A stretch of 32,000 nucleotides of DNA from Candidatus Saccharimonadota bacterium. GTDB lineage: Bacteria > Patescibacteriota > Patescibacteriia > 2-12-FULL-60-25. Positions 10,739 to 16,958 of this stretch are shown piece by piece. The stretch covers positions 900,001 through 932,000 of the forward strand of contig CP060222.1 of assembly GCA_023898425.1 (NCBI GenBank). The letters run 5' to 3'. A model generated the notes under the pieces. It saw nothing but the letters and a program-made list of their open reading frames with translations, ran no database searches and was not told the origin of the DNA. Made by a program: the position numbers and the translations under genes. Numbering within the stretch: position 1 is the first letter of the stretch; each line of letters begins with the position of its first letter.

Positions 10739-10771
10739 CTCACCGTGTTTACCCACGTCGCCGATGGCGAA

Positions 10772-11293
10772 ATGGTCGGTCAGGTTTCGCGCCTGGCTCA
10801 ATACAAGAACCTTTTGCTCCGTGATCAACTCACGGACGATCCCAAGCTTCGGATGTTGGGCGAGCTCGCACTCGTGACCGACATCACGAAGAAGCTCTTC
10901 GCAGAAAAGGGTGCCAATCCACCCTTGAAACTGCTCTACACTCTTCTATCGTTCACGTCTGAGATGGACGAGAATGATGAAGACTGTTGGGTGCAGTGGG
11001 AGGAACTCCCCGAAGAGAAGCGTCTTCTCACGGAACTCCGTTGGGATCTCGAGGCCATGGAGCCCAACTCGTGCTACTGCGCGCGTTGCCGTGGTGTCGA
11101 GGAAGACGACGTCCCGCCCCTCAAAGTCTTCACGCCTACCGCAGACATGCGCTTGGCGGCGAAGAGGGAGAAAACGCTCCGCAATGGCGGGCGGCGGGTA
11201 CGGCGGAGCACGAATGAGGACGAGGCTGAAGAGCTGACTCCGAAGCGTAGCCTTCGCGACTTTCGTCGCGGAGCCGACTCCGTTTCCTGGTGA
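10772..11293 (+). CDS. orphan protein C (173 aa from ATG 10772; start uncertain)
   Basis: GC3-biased ORF downstream of P3. The track start at 10688 lies upstream of the promoter. Contains a CYCARC cysteine cluster and a basic tail. No family recognised. Confidence 0.5.
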   Translation: MVGQVSRLAQYKNLLLRDQLTDDPKLRMLGELALVTDITKKLFAEKGANPPLKLLYTLLSFTSEMDENDEDCWVQWEELPEEKRLLTELRWDLEAMEPNSCYCARCRGVEEDDVPPLKVFTPTADMRLAAKREKTLRNGGRRVRRSTNEDEAEELTPKRSLRDFRRGADSVSW

Positions 11294-11300
11294 GAAACTG

Positions 11301-11352
11301 ACCCTGTCCCAAACTGTGATCTTCATGGTTTGGGACGGGGTCTTGTAATTTC
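11301..11352 (+). terminator. intrinsic terminator after protein C gene
   Basis: ACCCTGTCCCAAAC / GTTTGGGACGGGGT stem followed by CTTGTAATTTCT. Confidence 0.55.
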
Positions 11353-11386
11353 TGCATACTTTCTCCCTCGATGCCCCCTACCCCTG

Positions 11387-11416
11387 CCCCTTCTACCTTT
11401 GTGGAGGGGGTTTTAT
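11387..11416 (+). terminator. second terminator-like hairpin
   Basis: CCCCTTC / GGAGGGG stem followed by GTTTTATGG. Confidence 0.35.
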
Positions 11417-11438
11417 GGTAAAAATAAACCCTATATAC

Positions 11439-11467
11439 TTGATTTTTTGTCAAAAATATGCTATACT
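11439..11467 (+). promoter_or_regulatory. sigma70 promoter P4a
   Basis: TTGATT (11439-11444), 17-nt spacer, TATACT (11462-11467). Confidence 0.45.
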
Positions 11468-11525
11468 TATATCGTAATACAGTGACGTATGGATGCACTT
11501 TCAACCCATATATTAGACATATAAC

Positions 11526-11537
11526 GCTAATATTAGC
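11526..11537. promoter_or_regulatory. perfect 12-bp palindrome, candidate operator
   Basis: GCTAATATTAGC is its own reverse complement. A related half-site, CGCTAATGTTA, lies about 30 nt downstream. Both sit between P4a and P4b. Confidence 0.3.
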
Positions 11538-11583
11538 CAAATATAATAAATAATCGCTAATGTTATAAAAGAAAAGCATTAAC

Positions 11584-11612
11584 TTGACAGTTTATACGGT
11601 ACATGGTATAGT
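11584..11612 (+). promoter_or_regulatory. near-consensus sigma70 promoter P4b with extended -10
   Basis: TTGACA (11584-11589), 17-nt spacer ending in TGG, TATAGT (11607-11612). Confidence 0.6.
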
Positions 11613-11618
11613 AATACG

Positions 11619-11763
11619 TCGAGGATGAAACAGCCTTACATTTAAAGAGCTAGTCACAGTGGAGAGCTTGGACAGCAATGAACGAACTTACCGGCCATTA
11701 GGGCTAGGTGTAGCGATTATTGTTTTGCTCAATTCACTTGTGACGTTATCAACGTCATTTTTT
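11619..11763 (+). ncRNA. candidate small RNA of about 145 nt (P4b to first terminator)
   Basis: Predicted TSS is about 7 nt after the -10. No ORF. The region ends in a TGACGTT-ATC-AACGTCA hairpin plus TTTTTT (11741-11763). Confidence 0.35.
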
Positions 11764-12247
11764 GTTGTCTTGATCGTTTTGGAGGAGGCAAGCAGATGAA
11801 CGATGTGAGAATCCGGTTTCGACTGGGATCTCTCATCTGCAATCTGTTACGGATTCAACCGCTTCGGCGGATTTGAGCCACTTCTCGTTGGATCTTTATC
11901 CGATGAGTCGCCGCCTCTAAAACGATCATCGCAACAGAGAAAGACGGGTGGAGAAGAACCTCACAGGCAACCGAACATGGTGCGTCTGTGAGCGGTAGGC
12001 AAAATTAGACTCGGTGGTTTCGACTGCCAACTCTAACATGTAGCCCACCACACGCAGGCAATGCCCTCGGGTATTCGCCCGCCTCTTCTTCAACCGTCTT
12101 TCTCTCGTTCACCATCATCCTGCTTTCATTTCTATCTCTGATCCTTTTGCTCCACGAATGCGTTCGTGCCAGCCAAGAGTTGATCGAGAAAGAAATGAGA
12201 GCGGGACGTGCGATTTTGCACCTTACAGTCCGCTCCAAAGGCAAAAG
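11764..12247 (+). ncRNA. long GC-balanced non-coding stretch; candidate structured RNA or 5' leader of the downstream operon
   Basis: No plus-strand track ORF of 60 codons or more starts between 10988 and 12146. The sampled line at 11881 is about 48% G+C, unlike the AT-rich spacers. Helices: cUUCGg hairpin 11859-11870, CTCACAG/CTGTGAG 11960-11992, GGTGG/CCACC 12013-12049, and a hairpin at 12057-12079. Confidence 0.35.
11796..11876 (+). CDS. 26-codon sORF (MNDVRIRFRLGSLICNLLRIQPLRRI) with strong SD; possible leader peptide or small toxin-like peptide
   Basis: GGAGGAGG at 11781-11788 lies 7 nt before the ATG at 11796. Too short to judge coding potential. Confidence 0.25.
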   Translation: MNDVRIRFRLGSLICNLLRIQPLRRI

Positions 12248-12481
12248 ATGTCCAAGAAGATCACCCTTTCGATCTGTGCCTTCTTCTTCACCGTCGTCGG
12301 CGCGATGCACTTCATCGATGTGCCGAACACCAACGAGGAGGAGATCGCGGCGATCAAGAACGGTCGCATCTGCCACCGCGAGAGGTGCACCTTCCTCAAC
12401 GGGCCCTTCACGGGATACGTGAGGTACCAAGTGGATGAAACAGGGTTCATCTATGTCTCTAACGGGACAGCGATGAACTGA
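12248..12481 (+). CDS. small membrane or secreted protein (77 aa)
   Basis: ATG at 12248. N-terminal hydrophobic segment KKITLSICAFFFTVVGAMHFI. GC3-biased frame. Weak SD (AAAGG). Confidence 0.5.
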   Translation: MSKKITLSICAFFFTVVGAMHFIDVPNTNEEEIAAIKNGRICHRERCTFLNGPFTGYVRYQVDETGFIYVSNGTAMN

Positions 12482-12484
12482 GAG

Positions 12485-12623
12485 TCTGAATCCGACATCA
12501 CGAATACTCGTGCTCTGTCGGACTCCCAATCTTGATCAGAACGAATGTTGTGACCAAGACATGGAGTTACAATCCTGCTCTCACTTTTTTGACCGACATC
12601 GCTCGGTACAAAAAGCGAGAGCG
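12485..12623 (+). repeat. intergenic repeat copy R1 (139 nt)
   Basis: Near-identical to 13551-13688. Begins with the hairpin TCCGACA-T-CACGA-ATAC-TCGTG-CTC-TGTCGGA immediately after the upstream stop codon. Confidence 0.85.
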
Positions 12624-12671
12624 GGAACCCCAAGTACAAATTCGTACATTCACACCCGTTCAAAGGAAACT

Positions 12672-13544
12672 ATGACCAAAATCAATTTCGTGCTCGCGTC
12701 TAACCACACCAACCTCGCCACTGCCATCGAAGGCAAGGCGAGCGCCACGGTGGAGGCTGAGTTCGGCGACATCACCGTCGCTGGCTCGGTGCTCACCATG
12801 GCGCATCACGGCGTCAATGCGGGTAACCGCGCGCCGTGCGCGTACCCCAACGGGTGCGCGGAAGGCGTCGAGGTGGTGGGTTTGTCCCACTTCGACCTCG
12901 ACACCCTCGGTGGGTGTGCGGCCGTCATCGGTCGCAAGCCGGAGGCCGAGAGCTTCTGGATTCTCTCCGAGTTCGTGGACCTTAATGGTCCGCACAAGCT
13001 CGGTGTGAGCGGCGCGTCCGACGAGGACATCCGCCGCCTCAACGCCTTCTGGGCGTGGAGCGAAAAGAACCGAGTGTTCGCCAACCGCGACGGCTCGGTG
13101 TCCGACGTGACCGACAAGGTCATCGAGGGCATCGAAGCGCTCGAGAGGATCCTCGCCGACGATGAGCAGATGCTCGTCGCGGGCGACGAGTTCAAGGCGA
13201 AGGGCGACAAGCTCAACGCCGAGAGCTTCGTCGAGTACTACGAGGATCTCCTCGTCCGAGTTTCGCCGAGCTTCACCAACCACCTCTACGTCGCCCCCGA
13301 CGGAAAGGTGGCCAAGGCCGTCATCGCCTTCAACACCCTCAACGGCTCGATCACGATCTCGTTCGCGGATGCGCCCAAGGGCACGAACGCGCGCGACATC
13401 GTGCAGAAGCTGTGGGGGCCCGAAGCTGGCGGTCACGCTGGCATCGCTGGCAGCCCGCGTGACAAGCGGTTGAACCTCGATGACCTGAGCGAAGCGCTCA
13501 GCGCGACGATGCTCGCGCTCGACGAAATGGACAACATTTCGTAG
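12672..13544 (+). CDS. divergent DHH/DHHA1-like phosphoesterase (290 aa), assignment tentative
   Basis: SD AAAGGAAA before the ATG at 12672. SHFDLDTLGG resembles DHH motif I (H..D.D..G). C-terminal GGHAGIAGSP resembles the DHHA1 GGGH..A.G motif of NrnA/RecJ-type enzymes. A canonical DHH triad is not obvious. Confidence 0.45.
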   Translation: MTKINFVLASNHTNLATAIEGKASATVEAEFGDITVAGSVLTMAHHGVNAGNRAPCAYPNGCAEGVEVVGLSHFDLDTLGGCAAVIGRKPEAESFWILSEFVDLNGPHKLGVSGASDEDIRRLNAFWAWSEKNRVFANRDGSVSDVTDKVIEGIEALERILADDEQMLVAGDEFKAKGDKLNAESFVEYYEDLLVRVSPSFTNHLYVAPDGKVAKAVIAFNTLNGSITISFADAPKGTNARDIVQKLWGPEAGGHAGIAGSPRDKRLNLDDLSEALSATMLALDEMDNIS

Positions 13545-13550
13545 AGCAAC

Positions 13551-13688
13551 CTGGATCCGACATCACGAATACTCGTGCTCTGTCGGACTCCCAATCTTGA
13601 TCAGAACGAATGTTGTGACCAAGACATGGAGATAAATCCTGCTCTCACTTTTTTGACCGACATTGCTCGGTACAAAAAGCGAGAGCGG
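13551..13688 (+). repeat. intergenic repeat copy R2 (138 nt)
   Basis: Differs from R1 by one A/G, one C/T, and TTACAA versus ATAAA (a 1-nt indel). Confidence 0.85.
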
Positions 13689-13727
13689 TACGTGCAATCA
13701 CGCACCTTAAAACACGCTCCGGAGATT

Positions 13728-13937
13728 ATGGAAAATTCCATTTCCCGGTCCGAGGCGCGCCACGTGCTCGCCTCATACATGAACGAGGGTGCCCGGCACC
13801 CCCTCTTCACGGAGGCGTGCGCGATCTGTCGCACGACTCCGGAGGCGGTCGAGGCCGCGCGCAAAAGCGTGCGTGGCATCGAGCGCTCGTTCAAGGGAGT
13901 GATCCTCACTCCCTTGGGCGGGCGTCGTCGCAACTAG
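13728..13937 (+). CDS. orphan protein (69 aa)
   Basis: GGAG SD 3 nt before the ATG at 13728. GC3-biased. The track start at 13575 lies inside repeat R2. Confidence 0.45.
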   Translation: MENSISRSEARHVLASYMNEGARHPLFTEACAICRTTPEAVEAARKSVRGIERSFKGVILTPLGGRRRN

Positions 13938-13959
13938 CGACACGACCTCGCACACCTCA

Positions 13960-14000
13960 CTGGATCCGACATCACGAATTCTCGTGCTCTCTCGGACTCC
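13960..14000 (+). repeat. partial repeat copy R3 (hairpin module only, 41 nt)
   Basis: CTGGATCCGACATCACGAATTCTCGTGCTCTCTCGGACTCC matches the first 41 nt of R1/R2 with 2-3 substitutions. Confidence 0.75.
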
Positions 14001-14062
14001 TCCTCTTGTTTATGACATGTCGTCGTAAGCAAGAACGGGAGATATCCCAGAAAGGTTAAGCC

Positions 14063-14329
14063 GTGGAAACAATAAACTCAAATATCAAACGCGGGCGAGA
14101 ACTCATCCATGACGCTGGCCGTCTGGGTGGTCTCGTGGAGAGCGGGTTTCCTCAGTCGAGGGATCTCGCAAATAAACTGCGTCGCATCGCCACGAAGAGC
14201 GATGACGTGCACAGCTGCATCCTTGCCTACGTTCAGGCACAGGGCAACAAGCTCACGGGCACAGAGCGGCGTGGCTTGCAGATTCTTCTTACTCATGAAG
14301 AATTTGCCCAGATCGTGAGCTCAAACTGA
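14063..14329 (+). CDS. orphan protein (88 aa), GTG start
   Basis: GAAAGG SD 7 nt before the GTG at 14063. Ends in tandem TGA TGA stops. Confidence 0.45.
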   Translation: METINSNIKRGRELIHDAGRLGGLVESGFPQSRDLANKLRRIATKSDDVHSCILAYVQAQGNKLTGTERRGLQILLTHEEFAQIVSSN

Positions 14330-14514
14330 TGAGCAATCTGAGTAGAGGCGAAAGACAGTCACTCTGATTTCGCTCCCTCAATCCGTCCATGATTCATTCG
14401 TGGATGAAGAAGGGAAAAATATCTACGCAGCTACCAACAAGGAGGTTGGTGGCGTCGCGGGTATTTTTGCCCGAAAACAAAACAGGCGTAAGGTCTGAGA
14501 AAGTTAAGGTCGTC

Positions 14515-15123
14515 ATGAGCATTGCCATCGCAATAGCCATCGTTCTCATGGAGGAATTCAGTGTGATGATTGGTCAACAGCTGATCATCCAAAGCATGAT
14601 CGACCGCATCGACAAGGTGCGTCGCCATGCTCTCAATCACATTAACGAGCCGAAAATTCTGCTCGATGAAACGTGGTTGATCCCAACGCATGAGTTGTGC
14701 GACGTGCTAGGCGTAGACTCACTGGAAGAGATCCTCTCTTCCAAAATCCGAGGTATTGCGCTCGCACTCGCAGGAAAGAAAGAGTATCATCCTCGTTCGA
14801 TCGCGGGTGGTGCTGAGCAACTCATGGAGTTGCTCCGACCGGCGGCTGATGAAGAGCAGGCGGAAGATGAACGTAAATTACGCAATCGGATTCTCGGTCT
14901 CGCCGCGCGCTATCTGTCAGCATCCGTTGAAGAACGGACAAAGATACTGATTTCTTTGGAGGGCAGTCGAACGCGGGCGCTTAGTGACACTGAGGAGGTA
15001 ACCGAACTCGTACGACTCAGGATCAACGCTGATCACGAGTATGAGCGAGTCTCAAAACAACTCCGTAAACTTCAGGTAAAAAACGGATCACTCCTGAACC
15101 GGAATGTGATCCTCGATGCCTGA
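14515..15123 (+). CDS. orphan protein (about 200 aa; start ambiguous among 14515, 14548 and 14563/14566)
   Basis: Long ORF, helical and charged sequence. GGAGGA at 14550-14555 favours the 14563/14566 starts. No family recognised. Confidence 0.45.
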   Translation: MSIAIAIAIVLMEEFSVMIGQQLIIQSMIDRIDKVRRHALNHINEPKILLDETWLIPTHELCDVLGVDSLEEILSSKIRGIALALAGKKEYHPRSIAGGAEQLMELLRPAADEEQAEDERKLRNRILGLAARYLSASVEERTKILISLEGSRTRALSDTEEVTELVRLRINADHEYERVSKQLRKLQVKNGSLLNRNVILDA

Positions 15124-15231
15124 GTGAACAAGATCTCACGCTCCACACTCATCTCTACCGAGAAGAGGTACGGAGACTCAAAAACAATTCGCTCGAGAAA
15201 TACGAAATCAAGAGCAGCAACAGGAGGCCTC

Positions 15232-15408
15232 ATGAGCTACGTTAGCGCCGCGTTCACCGTGGCATACAATCGCACCTGTGAAGATCTGACCGAAGAAACG
15301 GTCAAGATCGACACAGCACGTCTCGCTGAAAAGCTCGAAGAGAGCGGCGAGTACGACATGGCCATTCGGCTGCGTCGTTCGTCTCGGCCCCCTGGGCCGA
15401 GCAACTAG
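15232..15408 (+). CDS. orphan protein (58 aa)
   Basis: AGGAGG at 15222-15227 lies 4 nt before the ATG at 15232. The track ORF starts earlier, at GTG 15124. Confidence 0.4.
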   Translation: MSYVSAAFTVAYNRTCEDLTEETVKIDTARLAEKLEESGEYDMAIRLRRSSRPPGPSN

Positions 15409-15417
15409 ATGAATCTA

Positions 15418-15460
15418 CTCGGAGGTGTACTATTGCGAACTGCTTTAGTACACCTCCGAG
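15418..15460 (+). other. 13-bp perfect hairpin after the 58-aa ORF (terminator-like, no T-run)
   Basis: CTCGGAGGTGTAC (15418-15430) pairs with GTACACCTCCGAG (15448-15460). Confidence 0.6.
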
Positions 15461-15476
15461 ACCCCCTATTACACTA

Positions 15477-15580
15477 AGCGATATGGAGGAGGCACCTCAA
15501 CAACTTGTTGGGGAAGACAGGCTATTCCTCGGCTGCGGCTGAGCAATTCTCTCCCCCGTCCCATCACCTCCATATCGCTT
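15477..15580 (+). other. long-range 14-bp helix enclosing a 76-nt structured insert (leader of the 398-aa ORF)
   Basis: AAGCGATATGGAGG (15477-15490) pairs perfectly with CCTCCATATCGCTT (15567-15580). Internal hairpins: CAACA-ACT-TGTTG and CTCGGC-TGCG-GCTGAG. Confidence 0.5.
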
Positions 15581-15668
15581 CGTGGAATATCGAAGCAACC
15601 CTCCTCGGGTTTAGAGGAAAAAACGTTCCTTAAAATCCGCAAAGCGGAAGAAAAAGAAAGAGAAAAAA

Positions 15669-16865
15669 ATGTCCCTCAACTTCAGCATCACCAGGAATCC
15701 CAATATCCTTTCGGCGGCAGCCGGTCGTGAGGTGAGTCAGGAGGAGACGAATGACATCGTCGCTCCCCTGGACCACCACTGCGGAGCTCAGTACGAACTT
15801 CGCAACAACCGCCTTTTGCGGCGGCTACAGCTCCAGATCTTCGCCTGCTTGTTGCTGGCGAAGGAAGAGATGTTCGACATGAGCGATGAGCTCATCGAAA
15901 GCAACGGCCTCGACCCCGTTCTTGCGGGGTTCATGAAGGGGCAGGTCCTCAACCAGCGCAGCACGAAGTTGCTCACCATGGTCGACAACCAGGGCGAGCT
16001 CTTCACGCCCCCCATGTTCGTGATGAACATGAACGACCTGACGAAGCCCGGTCGCAAGGATCGTCCGGTCCGCCGTGTGTGGGTGGACGCTCACAACTTC
16101 GATCGCGTCACGGCCAGCAATGGCCAGGTCTCGTCGCGACCAAACCGCGTTGGTACGTTCATGCAACGCGTCAACACGCACGGCACCTTCGAGAACGGTG
16201 GTGAGCGCGACGCGCTCATCATGGGCTTCAGGCCTGAGTTCGAAGAGCGTCGTGACACGGCCGTCATCACGAGCAAGGATCAGGTTCTGAAGAGCTACAT
16301 CCTCCTGGTCGTCGGCGCCAACCTCGATCTGCTCATGCAGATCGTGGACATCGCCGGCGACAGCGTCGCGCCGATGTTCTTCGGTGGCGAGGTAGACCCC
16401 AAGATGGCCTACTTCGGTCCCGTGGAGGTCCAAGACACGAAGGTGTCGACCGACCCGAAGCTCAAGATGGACGAGATCCGCGAGAAGGTGAAGAGCACGA
16501 AGCTGACTCACACCATGGCTCAGGACCTCGAGGGCGTCGTGATCGACGACGAAGACGAGTCGCCCGAGGATAGCTCAGACGACGTGAGCGACGACCTCAG
16601 CGCCAGTGATGGCAACGAGGACGAGACCTCCGATGCCTCCTCGACCGAGGAGAGCGATGGTGACATCGCTCCGCCGGTCGCCAACGAGAAGCGGAGCGAC
16701 GCTCCGCTGACGGCGAAGCAGAAGCGGATGCTCGAGAACAGCGAAGAAGGCAAGACGCCCTCCACTCCTCCCGCCACGACGAAGAAGCCCAAGAAGGCTT
16801 CGACGCCTAGGCAGAAGAAGGGGCTCGAAGACCTGGAAAACGTTCAGCTTCCCAGCGCCGAGTGA
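15669..16865 (+). CDS. orphan protein (398 aa) with acidic Ser/Asp-rich tail followed by a Lys-rich end
   Basis: GC3-biased ORF preceded by a purine-rich leader, GAAGAAAAAGAAAGAGAAAAAAATG. No family recognised. Confidence 0.6.
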   Translation: MSLNFSITRNPNILSAAAGREVSQEETNDIVAPLDHHCGAQYELRNNRLLRRLQLQIFACLLLAKEEMFDMSDELIESNGLDPVLAGFMKGQVLNQRSTKLLTMVDNQGELFTPPMFVMNMNDLTKPGRKDRPVRRVWVDAHNFDRVTASNGQVSSRPNRVGTFMQRVNTHGTFENGGERDALIMGFRPEFEERRDTAVITSKDQVLKSYILLVVGANLDLLMQIVDIAGDSVAPMFFGGEVDPKMAYFGPVEVQDTKVSTDPKLKMDEIREKVKSTKLTHTMAQDLEGVVIDDEDESPEDSSDDVSDDLSASDGNEDETSDASSTEESDGDIAPPVANEKRSDAPLTAKQKRMLENSEEGKTPSTPPATTKKPKKASTPRQKKGLEDLENVQLPSAE

Positions 16866-16912
16866 CCTCACCGCTCCGATTAGCAACTGCTAATCGTTGA
16901 GCAAAAAAACTG

Positions 16913-16958
16913 ACCCCCAGTGTATACCGTATGGTGTACTCTGGGGGTTTTCGTTTTT
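16913..16958. terminator. bidirectional intrinsic terminator at the right island boundary
   Basis: ACCCCCAG...CTGGGGGT extended stem flanked by AAAAAAA upstream and TTTTCGTTTTT downstream. It lies between convergent genes. Confidence 0.7.

Noticed and set aside
12510-13727. Identical N-termini MLCRTPNLDQNECCDQDME on two track ORFs (12510 and 13575), suggesting a shared signal or leader peptide.
   Set aside because: The identity comes from the nucleotide repeat R1/R2. A 1-nt indel (TTACAA versus ATAAA) puts the rest of the repeat in different frames in the two copies. Good SD-ATG starts exist further downstream, at 12672 and 13728.
12485-14000. Integron gene-cassette array with attC sites (small promoter-less ORFs separated by conserved imperfect-palindrome repeats).
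   Set aside because: No intI integrase or attI is in the window. I could not find the RYYYAAC / GTTRRRY core sites, and the palindromic module is only about 36 nt, shorter than known attC sites. This remains worth a formal attC covariance-model scan.
14326-14353. Hammerhead-like core CUGAUGA ... CGAAA.
   Set aside because: CUGAUGA is simply the tandem stop codons TGA TGA of the 88-aa gene. The would-be stem II (GCAAUCUGAGUAGAGGC) forms only 2-3 base pairs, and stem III with a cleavage-site context is absent.
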